Assembly (NCBI GenBank): GCA_965215885.1
Contig: CBDCEW010000075.1
Span: 1 to 64,000 of the forward strand
From: Candidatus Moanibacter sp.
Lineage (GTDB): Bacteria; Verrucomicrobiota; Verrucomicrobiia; Opitutales; UBA2987
Reading direction: 5' to 3'
Length of the DNA stretch: 64,000 nt
The translations under genes were made by a program, and so were the position numbers. Numbering within the stretch: the first letter of the stretch is position 1; each line of letters starts with the position of its first letter. Positions 1 through 10,015 of the stretch are shown here, one piece after another. A model generated the notes under the pieces. The model was given only the letters and a program-made list of their open reading frames with translations, did no database searches and was not told where the DNA came from.

Positions 1-886
1 GCCAGTAGTTTGCGACTTCAGGGAGACCAAAATGCTCACAGAGATAGACCAGGTTCAGAATGTCTTTCTGAAAACATGACCCACCAAACCCTACCGAAGG
101 CTTCAGAAAATTGCTGCCAATGCGCGAGTCCGATCCAATAGCAAGAGCAACCTCTTCAATATTCGCTCCCGTTGCTTCACACAGCATTGAGATGGAATTT
201 ATGGACGAGATTCGTTGTGCCAAAAAGGCGTTGGCGGTCAATTTCGACAGTTCTGAAGACCAGAGATTGGTCGTTATAATCTTCTCGCGAGGCACCCACC
301 TCAGGTAGATATCAACCAATATTCTTGAGGCTCTCTCTCCCTCCGGGGAGATTTCTCTGCCTATTAGCACACGGTCTGGAAACTCGAGATCCCTCACGGC
401 GGATCCTTCGGCCAAAAACTCGGGATTGGAGAGTATATCAAATCGCAGATTCTTCTCGTTAGCATCGAGAATACGCTTGACCGATTCCGCGGTCCTCACT
501 GGCACCGTCGATTTCTCAACGATGATCTTGTCCCCCTCCGACTCTTCCGCAATCTGCCGGGCGCTGCTCTCTATAAACTTCATGTCCGGGGCTTTACCCG
601 CGCCTACTCCATAGCTCTTTGTGGGCGTCGGCAGACACATGAATATGATATCAGCACGCCGGATTCCTTCAGCAACATCTTCGGAGAAAAATAGATTCTT
701 ACCTCGGGTGAGAAAAATAATCTCCGCTAGATCAGGCTCGAAAACGGGTAGAGAATCTGAGTTCCACGCTGCTATCTTCAACGGATCAATGTCGACAACA
801 TTGACTCGGATTTCCGGACATTTCCTGGCGATCATAGCCATCGTCGGACCCCCGACATATCCCGCGCCCATACAGCAGATCTCCAT
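1..886 (-). CDS. ugd: UDP-glucose 6-dehydrogenase (3' end runs off the window)
   Basis: Not in the ORF track; translated by hand from ATG at 886: [20 protein letters not shown]... (Rossmann motif) and [10 protein letters not shown] (catalytic Cys motif) near the window edge. Confidence 0.95.
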   Translation of the reverse strand, partial: MEICCMGAGYVGGPTMAMIARKCPEIRVNVVDIDPLKIAAWNSDSLPVFEPDLAEIIFLTRGKNLFFSEDVAEGIRRADIIFMCLPTPTKSYGVGAGKAPDMKFIESSARQIAEESEGDKIIVEKSTVPVRTAESVKRILDANEKNLRFDILSNPEFLAEGSAVRDLEFPDRVLIGREISPEGERASRILVDIYLRWVPREKIITTNLWSSELSKLTANAFLAQRISSINSISMLCEATGANIEEVALAIGSDSRIGSNFLKPSVGFGGSCFQKDILNLVYLCEHFGLPEVANYW

Positions 887-967
887 CGCTAACTTCCTGT
901 CACAGCAAATTACAAATCGGTTTCGCTTTCTAGTCCGCTTATTTTGTGAAATAAGCGGAGTAACGGG

Positions 968-2263
968 TCAAGACTTACGAGCCGTCGCCACAAACCGTTT
1001 GCCGGCCTCCTGGAGACGCTCATCCTCGAGCCCACCCAGACTCAAGCGCAGGTAATTCTGGGGCCATCGCTCGGCAAAAAAGAGCTCCCCGGGCACGTAG
1101 AGGACACCATCCTCGATACAAGCGCGGCAGAACGCGGAATCCAAACCGGTATCGAGGTACCCTGGAGCCCGTAACCACATGAGGATGCCGCCCTCGGGAA
1201 TTTCCCACCTCCAACCGAGTTCATGGAGGCCTTCATCCACCAGGACGTCCTGCAGGGTCTTCATTTTGCGTTCGTAATGGCCCCGCAATTTCTTCAGGAA
1301 TCCGGCATATCGTCCGTCGCGCACCACTCTTTCAATTACTGCCTGGGTAAAATTTGCTGTTCCAAAGTCCTGCTGGCCTTTTACACGCATCATATTGTCG
1401 AGCCACTCGCGGTCACTGCAATAGGCATACCCAACCTTCATGCCGGTAGAAAACGGTTTCGTAAATGTACCGGTGTAGAGTGTCGGTAAACTTGCGAATT
1501 CGGGCAGACTCATGTGGCTTGGGGCCGGATACGGTTCGCCATAGTAGAGTTCGCGGTAAGCGGCGTCTTCCATAAAAGGTATGGCAGCCGGCAATGAGTG
1601 CAGGAGCGATCCGAGTCTTCTCTTATCCTCCTCCGGCATGCATCGTGCGGAAGGATTCGCAAAATACGTTACAATGTATATTGTCTTTACCGATTCCAGC
1701 GTTCCCTCTTTCGCAAAACCTTCCAGCATCGAGCTCAGTTTATCGAAATCGATGCGTCCATTCTCCCGCACCGGCATCGATACCGGCTGAACTCCCAGGC
1801 CCTTTAACACCTCGAGAAATACAAAGTAGGTCGGCTGTTCCACGAGAACGATATCCCCGGGATCACAGAGCACTTGTGTCGCTATATAAAGAGCCTGCTG
1901 CGACCCGTTGGTGACAAGCACATGATTAGGATCGAGGGGAATATCTCCCTCTCCAGGATAGGATAAGAGAAACTCCCCCACTCCCTCCCGCAGCCCCATT
2001 CGCCCGGAGCTTATGCCGTATTGCATATACTCCGGTTCCCCTTCCAATGCCGCCAATTCCTCGATCACCTCACTGACTATTTCAACCGGCATCGCGGCGT
2101 TATCGGTGAAACCCGCGGCCAGGGAAAGAAGACTTGGATCCTTCAGAGTCAGGCTCATAAGCCGGACTATTTCCGGATCGGTCAACTTGCTACCGAGAGA
2201 GGAAAAACGAACCCGTTTGAGGAGCGACTGTTCCATTTCGTCCGAAATTCCTGAATAGTTCAC
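968..2263 (-). CDS. PLP-dependent aminotransferase class I/II (2-aminoadipate transaminase-like)
   Basis: VTNGSQQAL, YFANPS, EDAAY and GTFTKPFSTGMKVG (PLP lysine) motifs. Confidence 0.85.
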   Translation of the reverse strand: MNYSGISDEMEQSLLKRVRFSSLGSKLTDPEIVRLMSLTLKDPSLLSLAAGFTDNAAMPVEIVSEVIEELAALEGEPEYMQYGISSGRMGLREGVGEFLLSYPGEGDIPLDPNHVLVTNGSQQALYIATQVLCDPGDIVLVEQPTYFVFLEVLKGLGVQPVSMPVRENGRIDFDKLSSMLEGFAKEGTLESVKTIYIVTYFANPSARCMPEEDKRRLGSLLHSLPAAIPFMEDAAYRELYYGEPYPAPSHMSLPEFASLPTLYTGTFTKPFSTGMKVGYAYCSDREWLDNMMRVKGQQDFGTANFTQAVIERVVRDGRYAGFLKKLRGHYERKMKTLQDVLVDEGLHELGWRWEIPEGGILMWLRAPGYLDTGLDSAFCRACIEDGVLYVPGELFFAERWPQNYLRLSLGGLEDERLQEAGKRFVATARKS

Positions 2264-2465
2264 TTAAAAGCAACTCTTATTACGGCCGCACGGGAGTATC
2301 GATTAATGTAGCTTATGTTACTCCGGCCGCTTCAGAGCTTGCCAAAGGGGACCTATTCGATCATCGCATTGGGCCGGTTTGTGGGTGGCGGGCCCGCTAT
2401 ACCTGAACTCTTCCAGCCTCACCCTCACTTTCACTCGTCTCGTGTCGGGACGGGGAATTTCCAAG

Positions 2466-3827
2466 TTAAAAGCCGCTGCTTCTACCGCCCATGAAAGACC
2501 TTCTCCATCGGTCCCGTTCATCCGCCATGGGAGGATTTGAGATAGCTTCCTGCAGGTCCACCGGCAATTGACTTGATTCAAGCCACGCCGTCGCCGCATC
2601 CGGATCGTCCCGATACCATTCCTGACCTACCTCGGTAAGACTTCTTGCGCGCTTATCGGCATCTAGAATCGATTCCGACCAGGAAATGGCAGCTTCAGGG
2701 TCCTGCCGGACAATTCGCTTTGCAAACGACTCGACGGCGGGATCCAGGGCGGGATCGGGAGGCATGCCGTTTAACCATTCCCCGGCTGCATTGGGATCAT
2801 CCGCCGCCCATCGATTCACTGCCGCCGCGATCCCCTTGTCTCGGGAAGGGCTTTCCGATAAGTTGGTCGCCCAGTTAATCGCGCTTTCCGGATCTTCTCT
2901 CGCCCACTCCGAAGCCGCAATTCGCACTGCGTCTCCCGCAAATTCATCGGAGGCGTGTCCTTCCACCCACTTTGCCGCGGCCGATGCATCCTGCCGGGAC
3001 CACTGCCGGGTCAGGCTTGTGAAGACGCTCTCCTTAAAACTATCGTCGGTCAGGCCGTCGGCCCAGCCTGTTGCGTCGGAAATCCCCCTCTGCAAATAAC
3101 TCGATGTTAATATCCCAACCGACCAATTCCGATCACGTCCCTCAGGCATTTGGGATACGTATTGCGCGGCATCTGAAATATCATTATTCACCCAGCCGGC
3201 CACTATCCCGGTAATATAGGGATTATTCTCCTCCCAATTCACCTGTTCCGTGCTCCAGGCAAGGGCACCCTGCGGGTCGATCTTCGCCCAGCTGCTCAAA
3301 GCCGAATAGGCCGCGAAACGGCTCGCTCGGCCTCTCACTTCATTTATCGCATATTCCACGGCACCCGCTCCGTCAAAAGAACCCCAGGCGTACATTAGTA
3401 GATTCAGTTCACGCGCATGCTGAGGCCCCGGCGGCAGTTTTTCGAACAGCGCAACCGCTTCCCATATATTAGAGGCGTCGAGACCCTCGAGTGCTTGAGC
3501 CAGCTTTACGATGCGTTTCACGGGGTCCGGCTCCTTTAAAGCGTTCGCCAAACCTCCCACGACATCTCCCCGCCCGATTTCTCTCTCCCCTGCCTCGAAT
3601 AGAGGTACCCTTTCTGGCGTCGCCTGGCGCCTTTGCAATGAACTCTCATCCCCTGATGATTCATCGGCTCGACCTGTCTCTTCGCCTCTCGAACTGGAGG
3701 CATCCGCTCCGGCAAACTCGTCGTCCACTCCCCCGCCGTTTATCAGACTGCCGGCCAGAAAAGCCATTGCCACTGACGCAACCCAGATTGTAATGAATAG
3801 AATAAGCGTCTTCTTCGGAGTGTTCAT
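2466..3827 (-). CDS. Hypothetical exported/membrane-anchored alpha-helical repeat protein
   Basis: N-terminal hydrophobic segment, then repeated W-x3-DPxAAxxW units. Confidence 0.7.
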   Translation of the reverse strand: MNTPKKTLILFITIWVASVAMAFLAGSLINGGGVDDEFAGADASSSRGEETGRADESSGDESSLQRRQATPERVPLFEAGEREIGRGDVVGGLANALKEPDPVKRIVKLAQALEGLDASNIWEAVALFEKLPPGPQHARELNLLMYAWGSFDGAGAVEYAINEVRGRASRFAAYSALSSWAKIDPQGALAWSTEQVNWEENNPYITGIVAGWVNNDISDAAQYVSQMPEGRDRNWSVGILTSSYLQRGISDATGWADGLTDDSFKESVFTSLTRQWSRQDASAAAKWVEGHASDEFAGDAVRIAASEWAREDPESAINWATNLSESPSRDKGIAAAVNRWAADDPNAAGEWLNGMPPDPALDPAVESFAKRIVRQDPEAAISWSESILDADKRARSLTEVGQEWYRDDPDAATAWLESSQLPVDLQEAISNPPMADERDRWRRSFMGGRSSGF

Positions 3828-3900
3828 ATTTGATTACCTCTATCGCGATTTTCAAATGCAGGCAAACAGGTATCCGGTTTTCAACAGTAGAAAACAGAGC

Positions 3901-4046
3901 TCTAGGAAACTGTCGGACTTAGAATTCCTAATCCCGGCACGCCGGGAGTGCCAGATCGACATTCCGACCCAGATGAGACCGACAGATTCCTAGTCCCGGC
4001 AAGCCGGGAATGAAAAGAGTTTGAATAAGTCAAACAGGCTGCTAGC
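3901..4046. repeat. Stack of CTAG-bounded MITE-like elements (CTAGGAA(A/T)CTGTCGG...CCGACAGATTCCTAG, then ...ACAGGCTGCTAG)
   Basis: Terminal inverted repeats visible; near-identical arrangement at ~55728-55876; related ends at ~9766, ~46615, ~54220. Confidence 0.75.
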
Positions 4047-4314
4047 AAGAAAGTTTCAGCTGCGAAACTATCGGAACCGGCTTTTTCACCACGAACATTC
4101 CTTCTAAGGGTGGATCGGGCGCTCCGCGCACGATGATGCAAGAGAAATTTTGATCCGGGGCCGGCGGGAATCAGATTCCCCCGCTCGGCCAGTTTCATGA
4201 ACTCGGGCAGTAATCGTGCGTCCATGATGATGGGAAGAGGACGCTAACGAATCCGGGTCTGCGGTGTCAGCGGCGAAAACGACACGAACCTGATCGCGAA
4301 GCCCAGCTTCCATC

Positions 4315-4341
4315 AAAAAGCCCCACCGTTTCGGGTGAGGC
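4315..4341 (-). terminator. Rho-independent terminator downstream of the IS-split secreted protein gene
   Basis: Minus strand GCCTCACC-CGAAAC-GGTGGGGC-TTTTT. Confidence 0.65.
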
Positions 4342-4625
4342 ATGATCTGAAAGAACTGACGATCTGCTTGGCTCACGAACGGCCAGCCAATCGCGGCGGG
4401 TTGGTGAGTTCGAACGGCACCGATCTCTAGTGGATCAGGAAGTTGCCGGACAAGACCTCGCGGAATACGAAGTCCGGCGGCACGCCGAGGAAGGCGATGA
4501 TTTCTTGGATGGTGTCGAAGTCCTCGGGGGGCAAAAAGAAGGGGACTTTGCCCTCGAGGAATATATCGTTGCCGAAGCCATCGTCAGTGACAAGGAAGAA
4601 GACCGTCTCACCCACTTCAACCGTG

Positions 4626-6126
4626 GGGTCTACAGCAGAATCTGTGGGTGGGTAACGTCGCTTACAAGAGGAAATAGAGTCGGTGAGCACAAGGAGAAGT
4701 CAGGGCGCTGCCCTGAATCCCGCTCCTCCACAGCCGGAGGGGCTGGTCGGTGTTTTCTTTGCATATGGGATTGAAAGGTTGAAGCACCGGGCCGTTCCGA
4801 GGATGAAAGTAGTACCGAAAATACATCCTGAACACGGAGGACCCAGTGCTCATCAAAACGCTACTGAATCGGTGCTATTGGCTCAAGAGCTTTGTTTACG
4901 CAAAGGCGAGTATGGAAATGGTGAAATCGGAGGAGGCGATTGTGGTGCAGATTGAGCCGCGCAAGAATAGTCGGGTGTGCTGTTCGGGGTGTGGCCGGAC
5001 GGCCAGCGGCTACGACCACATGAGCGAGGCGAGGCATTTTGAATTTGTGCCCTTGTGGGGGATGAAGGTGTATTTTCGTTACCGCATGCGGCGGGTCAAT
5101 TGCCGGCGGTGCGGGGTGAAGGTCGAAGAGGTGCCCTGGGCCAAGGGCAAGAGTCATCTGAGTTGGCCAATGCAATGGTTTCTGGCCCAGTGGGCGAGGC
5201 GCTTGAGCTGGGAAGAGACGGCAAGGGTTTTTCGCACGAACTGGCGCAACGTCTTCGAGTCGGTCGAGGCGATGGTGCGTTGGGGGCTCAAACGGCGCGA
5301 TATGAGCGGGATTGAGGCGATCGGAGTCGATGAGGTGCAGTATCATCGAGGCCATCACTATCTCACCGTGGTCTACCAGCTTGACGAGGGGCGGCGGCGG
5401 CTATTGGGCGTATTCAATAAGCGCAACGTAAAATCGCTCTTGCGTTTTTTCTGGGAATTGGGAGCGCAAAAGAGCAGCCAGATCCTCTACGTCTGCTCGG
5501 ATCTGTGGAAGCCTTACCTCAAAGTGATCAAGAAAAAGGCACCCCAGGCGCTGCACATCCTCGATCGCTTCCACTTGGTAGCCAACCTGAACAAGGCCCT
5601 CAATGAGATTCGTGCTGCGGAAGCCAGGCGATTGCAACGGGACGGCTACATCAACGTGCTGGTCAAAAGCAAATACTGTTTCTTGAAAAATCCGCAAAAT
5701 CTCACCCCCACCCAACAGATCCGCCTCAAGGAGGTGCTCCAATACGATCTGAAGAGCGTGCGGGCCTATCTACTAAAGGAGAGCTTTCAGCTCTTGTGGC
5801 ATTATAAAAGTCCCTACTGGGCCCAATGGTATCTGAAAAAATGGTGCACGCGCGCCATGCGTTCGCGCCTCAAACCGATCAAAAGGTTCGTGCGCTCGGT
5901 GCGCAAACACGAGCCGCTCATCCTCAACTGGTTTCGGGCCAAAAAGGCCTTTTCCTGCGGCATTGTGGAGGGCTTTAACCGCAATATAAATCTCACTATC
6001 AGAAAAGCATACGTTCTCAGAAAAGCATACGGCTTTAAGAGCTTCGAAGTGCTTAAGATCGCCCTATTTCATACCATGGGCGACTTGCCTGAACCCGAAA
6101 TAACCCACAGATTCTGCTGACGAGGC
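4626..6126 (+). mobile_element. ISL3-family insertion sequence
   Basis: 24-bp imperfect IRs (GGGTCTACAGCAGAATCTGTGGGT / GCCTCGTCAGCAGAATCTGTGGGT); 8-bp duplication CAACCGTG at 4618-4625 and 6127-6134. Confidence 0.92.
4846..6120 (+). CDS. ISL3-family transposase
   Basis: Zn-finger CxxC...CxxC, IGVDE, DRFH, VEGFN...RKAYG motifs. Confidence 0.93.
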   Translation: MLIKTLLNRCYWLKSFVYAKASMEMVKSEEAIVVQIEPRKNSRVCCSGCGRTASGYDHMSEARHFEFVPLWGMKVYFRYRMRRVNCRRCGVKVEEVPWAKGKSHLSWPMQWFLAQWARRLSWEETARVFRTNWRNVFESVEAMVRWGLKRRDMSGIEAIGVDEVQYHRGHHYLTVVYQLDEGRRRLLGVFNKRNVKSLLRFFWELGAQKSSQILYVCSDLWKPYLKVIKKKAPQALHILDRFHLVANLNKALNEIRAAEARRLQRDGYINVLVKSKYCFLKNPQNLTPTQQIRLKEVLQYDLKSVRAYLLKESFQLLWHYKSPYWAQWYLKKWCTRAMRSRLKPIKRFVRSVRKHEPLILNWFRAKKAFSCGIVEGFNRNINLTIRKAYVLRKAYGFKSFEVLKIALFHTMGDLPEPEITHRFC

Positions 6127-6806
6127 CAACCGTGTGAAAAAAAGGAGCCACGGAATCCGGCCCAAACCCAGGCGATCCTTTCACCGCGGTGACGGGGCCG
6201 GCCGCAGTCAGTATACCATCGACGAACATGAACGAGGTCAGGTCGAACTTCACCCTACCGGCATCGCTGGTGAGCTTCCCATGACCATTGAGCGAGCCGT
6301 CCGGTAGCTGAACGAGGGAGAACTGAAGCGAAACCATGGCCGCTTGATCGGGTGCCACCGAGATCGGTCCCCCCGTTGCATTCCCATTCGCGATGGGCGT
6401 GGCAGGGGTGCCTTTGGCATAGCTCGGCGTCGATGCGCCGAGGAGGACCGCAGCTGAAAGAGAAAGGACCGCGCACTTGGTGAGTGAAAGGACACTGGAT
6501 TTATGGATTATCATGAGTATTGAGGTTCAGGTCACTGAGCGGAAACGCAAGAACATTCGTAATAAATTTTTTTGTCCCGGGGCCCGCTGCGGTCAGTATG
6601 TCATCGACGAACGTGAACGAGGTCAGGTCGAACTTCAGTATGCGAATTCGATTTTCGAATACGATTACGGTTGGCGGGTTGTCCATTCGTGGGTCGTAGT
6701 CGATGGTCGGAGTTCATCGGGCGACGAAGTTGACGACAAGGTTTACGACGAAGTTTGGGCAGTGACCCTGCCGTACGGCAGGACAGGGAATTATCAAGTT
6801 CACATA

Positions 6807-8036
6807 CTAAGGCTTACCTGCAGCCGGATATATGAAATCTGCTTGATAAGTATTCCTCTCCCATTTCCCCTGCAATCGAGAAGTCTTCCCCGTTGTGGTG
6901 TCCATAAGCATGAGTTGCCTCCGTTTCCCTTTCCCGGAAGTATATATGATATGCCTCCCGTCATTCGTCCATGCCGATTCGAGAGCATCTCCAGCCGATT
7001 TCGTAAGCACCTTGCTTCCCCCAACCGAAGAGTCGAAAAGAGCGACTTTGAACTCGCGACCCTGCAACATTGTAAAAGCGATCAAGTTTGGATGAATCGG
7101 ATTCCAGGTCGGTTCCGTGCAAACTCCACTGATATTGGTAGGCAGGCGTTCGGCCCTCCCGCCTTCTGAAGACACGCGATAGAGCTGCGGCTTTCCTAAC
7201 CGATCTGAAGTGAATACTATATGTCTTCCATCCGGCGACCAGGAGGGATCGGCTTCCACCGCGGCCTCGGTGCGAGTGAGTCGCCGGATCTCCCTTCCTT
7301 CGGCGTTGCAGCGGTAAAGCTCTGCATTACCGGCTCCCGAGAGGATGAGGGCTACTTCTCTTCCGCTACCGCTGTATACGGCACCTGTGTTTGAACCTCT
7401 AAAACCGGCAAAGACGGTCCTCTCCGCCGTGGAAAGGTTTATTCGGTAGATATCTGGAAAACCACTGAGAAAGTAGCTCGTAAATAGCAGGTGCTTCCCA
7501 TCCGGTGATAATTCCGGCGATATGCAGTCTACCCGGTCATTCGTCAGCCGGCGGACGTTTTCGAAGAACACATCTGATACATAGATCTCACTCGAACCGC
7601 TACGGTCTCCCACAAAGGTTATGAGACCCGCGAAGAATCCTGGGATTCCCAAAGTTTTCTGAACGGCGAGATCTCCCGCTCGCAAGGCGGCGTCGCGCCA
7701 GCCTCTTCCCGCTGTCGTTTCGGAAAAGAGAACCCTCGATGGATTCCCGCTTTCAATGGAGAGTGCCACCATCCCATCACCCCGCCGTGAGAATCGAAAC
7801 GTGAAATCGGATTCACCGGCACTTCTCACTGCATAGGCACCGTGTGCGCTAAAAGCCGTGGTGAGCAATCGCTCCATGAGCTCCTCTTCAGCGTATACAC
7901 TGACCGGTATTACATCGATATTTGAACGCCGCGTGATTACACCCATGAGTATCTCATCCGGCTGCCCAAACACGAAGACGACGGCCGACAAATTCGACAG
8001 AATGAGGACTGTAACGATGGAAATCTTTCGGAACAT
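6807..8036 (-). CDS. tolB: Tol-Pal beta-propeller protein TolB
   Basis: PD40-type repeats (PSWSPDGRHIVFTSDRLGKPQLY); signal-like N-terminus from ATG 8036 (ORF track extends to 8081). Confidence 0.88.
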   Translation of the reverse strand: MFRKISIVTVLILSNLSAVVFVFGQPDEILMGVITRRSNIDVIPVSVYAEEELMERLLTTAFSAHGAYAVRSAGESDFTFRFSRRGDGMVALSIESGNPSRVLFSETTAGRGWRDAALRAGDLAVQKTLGIPGFFAGLITFVGDRSGSSEIYVSDVFFENVRRLTNDRVDCISPELSPDGKHLLFTSYFLSGFPDIYRINLSTAERTVFAGFRGSNTGAVYSGSGREVALILSGAGNAELYRCNAEGREIRRLTRTEAAVEADPSWSPDGRHIVFTSDRLGKPQLYRVSSEGGRAERLPTNISGVCTEPTWNPIHPNLIAFTMLQGREFKVALFDSSVGGSKVLTKSAGDALESAWTNDGRHIIYTSGKGKRRQLMLMDTTTGKTSRLQGKWERNTYQADFIYPAAGKP

Positions 8037-8411
8037 TTCTAGAACGAACCGAAAATATGTCTCTTCTTTCCCTTCAGGCAATTGAATTAGAGACCTCCCT
8101 GACCTATTTATCTTGTGATTGCATTCCTTTGGTCAGGACTATTCCTGCGTTCAGCGTATACACTGACCGGTATTACATCGATATTTGAACGCCGCGTGAT
8201 TACACCCATGAGTATCTCATCCGGCTGCCCAAACACGAAGACGACGGCCGACAAATTCGACAGAATGAGGACTGTAACGATGGAAATCTTTCGGAACATT
8301 TCTAGAACGAACCGAAAATATGTCTCTTCTTTCCCTTCAGGCAATTGAATTAGAGACCTCCCTGACCTATTTATCTTGTGATTGCATTCCTTTGGTCAGA
8401 CTATTCCTGCG
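7887..8411. repeat. Tandem direct duplication (7887-8149 / 8150-8411) of the tolB 5' end and tolB-mrp intergenic region
   Basis: Copies look identical apart from one G (GGTCAGGAC vs GGTCAGAC). Confidence 0.95.
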
Positions 8412-8413
8412 AT

Positions 8414-9469
8414 TTGAACAAAGAGGAAATTACGGCGGCCCTGAAAGGCGTAAATTACCCGGGATTCAGCCGGGATATCGTCTCCTTTGGTCTTATCCGC
8501 GATATTAAATTCGAAAACGGCCGAGCCGCTGTTTCACTCGCTGTTACTACGACAGACCCCTCTGTCCCCTACCAACTCAAGAAGGATATCGAATCGGTCC
8601 TCAGTCTCCTGGAAGGAGTCTCCAGTACCCAGGTCGAAATTGCGGCCAAGGCGCCGGAGGCACCTCCGACAGGCGCAGGCGGTGGAAATAAGATCGAAGG
8701 AGTCCGCTACACTATTGCTATTGCCAGCGGAAAGGGCGGAGTCGGAAAATCGACTTTTGCCGTCAACCTTGCCTGCGCTCTTGAGAAGCACCTCGCCCAA
8801 TTGGGAAAACCGAGACGGACAGGCATTATGGACTGCGATATCTATGGCCCTACCGTGCCTCTCATGATCGGAATCAACGACCGCCCGGAAGTCTCAGGGG
8901 ATAAGATAGTGCCTCTGGAGAATTTCGGGATTCGGGTGATGTCCATGGGGTTTCTCGTCGACGAGACGACCCCGGTTGTTTGGAGGGGGCCCATGGTTAC
9001 AAAAACAATCGTGCAGTTTGCACGAAATGTGACGTGGGGTGAACTTGAGTTCCTCGTTGTGGATCTCCCACCCGGAACGGGCGACGCTCAGCTCACGCTC
9101 GTCCAGACTATCGCGCTGAGCGGCGCTATCATCGTGACTACACCACAAGCCGCTTCCGTCAATGTGGCACGCCGAGGCGCGATTATGTTCAGCAAAGTAA
9201 ATGTTCCCATTCTCGGAGTGGCGGAGAATATGAGCTTTCTGGAAGACGCCGCTACGGGAAGGCGCGATTATATCTTCGGGCAGGGCGGTGGCTCACGTAC
9301 CGCCATTGATCTCGAGACCGAATTTCTCGGCCAGGTCCCTTTGGCTTCTGAAATCCGAGAGGGGGGAGACAATGGAGTTCCAATCGTGATCGGTTTTCCA
9401 GAAAGTCCTGCCGCAAGAACTTTTGAAAGTATCGCTCAAAAATTACTCCAGAAATTCGACTTCTACTAG
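8414..9469 (+). CDS. mrp: Mrp/ApbC (NBP35-family) Fe-S cluster carrier ATPase
   Basis: N-terminal DUF59-like domain, SGKGGVGKST, WRGPM, DLPPGTGD; TTG start at 8414 is a guess. Confidence 0.92.
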   Translation: MNKEEITAALKGVNYPGFSRDIVSFGLIRDIKFENGRAAVSLAVTTTDPSVPYQLKKDIESVLSLLEGVSSTQVEIAAKAPEAPPTGAGGGNKIEGVRYTIAIASGKGGVGKSTFAVNLACALEKHLAQLGKPRRTGIMDCDIYGPTVPLMIGINDRPEVSGDKIVPLENFGIRVMSMGFLVDETTPVVWRGPMVTKTIVQFARNVTWGELEFLVVDLPPGTGDAQLTLVQTIALSGAIIVTTPQAASVNVARRGAIMFSKVNVPILGVAENMSFLEDAATGRRDYIFGQGGGSRTAIDLETEFLGQVPLASEIREGGDNGVPIVIGFPESPAARTFESIAQKLLQKFDFY

Positions 9470-9553
9470 TAAAATTTTAGTTTGCCTTTTGCGGCAGTCT
9501 AACGATATACTGTGTGCAATAATTAACCCCTGGGATTCTCCTACCTAATACCA

Positions 9554-9769
9554 ATGAAGACTTCCCCGTCCACGGCCGATAGTGAACGCGAATTTGTTAA
9601 ACGCTCAGGGCTCTACCAGGAATTTCTGGCAGAGCGGAGGGAAATCCTGAAGCACAAATGGCTCGAATCAGAAAAGGCGGGCCACGATATCGGTTTTGAA
9701 CGAGCCCTCCTTGATTGGATACGAAACCACCGCGACATTTGGAGAACGGAACGGCGCAGTAATTCCTAG
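9554..9769 (+). CDS. DUF4032-like small protein
   Basis: EILKHKWLESEKAGHDIGFERALLDW motif. Confidence 0.8.
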   Translation: MKTSPSTADSEREFVKRSGLYQEFLAERREILKHKWLESEKAGHDIGFERALLDWIRNHRDIWRTERRSNS

Positions 9770-10015
9770 GAATCTGTCGGACTACCTTTTCTCTCTATGT
9801 ATAGTATGTCTCCGCAAATTGGGATTGTACTTTTTCTTCTCTACCCGCTCTCCCTGTAATTTCTTGTTTCTTGTCGACATGTAACGAGAAGCGGGTTTGC
9901 CCTCTTTTCGCGCCTCGGTGCATTCCAGGATTATATATTCTCTCGGCATCTATCTACCCTACTTTCTGTTCATAAAAGGCATAAGAGTATCGGCCTTGTG
10001 GAATCTGCCGCAACT

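Larger units (their letters stand above)
4427..6514 (-). pseudogene. Secreted protein gene (~190 aa) split by ISL3: 5' part 6514-6127, 3' part 4625-4427
   Basis: Removing the IS and one target duplication joins ...APFFHTV to EVGETVFFLVTDDG...NFLIH* in frame; N-terminal signal peptide. Confidence 0.85.

Noticed and set aside
6190..6640. Diversity-generating retroelement TR/VR pair
   Set aside because: Mismatches are not adenine-specific and there is no reverse transcriptase in the window
6477..7169. 230-aa plus-strand ORF and similar long antisense ORFs (11187-11963, 28155-28811, 52713-53606, 59386-60084)
   Set aside because: Shadow frames of well-supported genes or repeats, with no motifs
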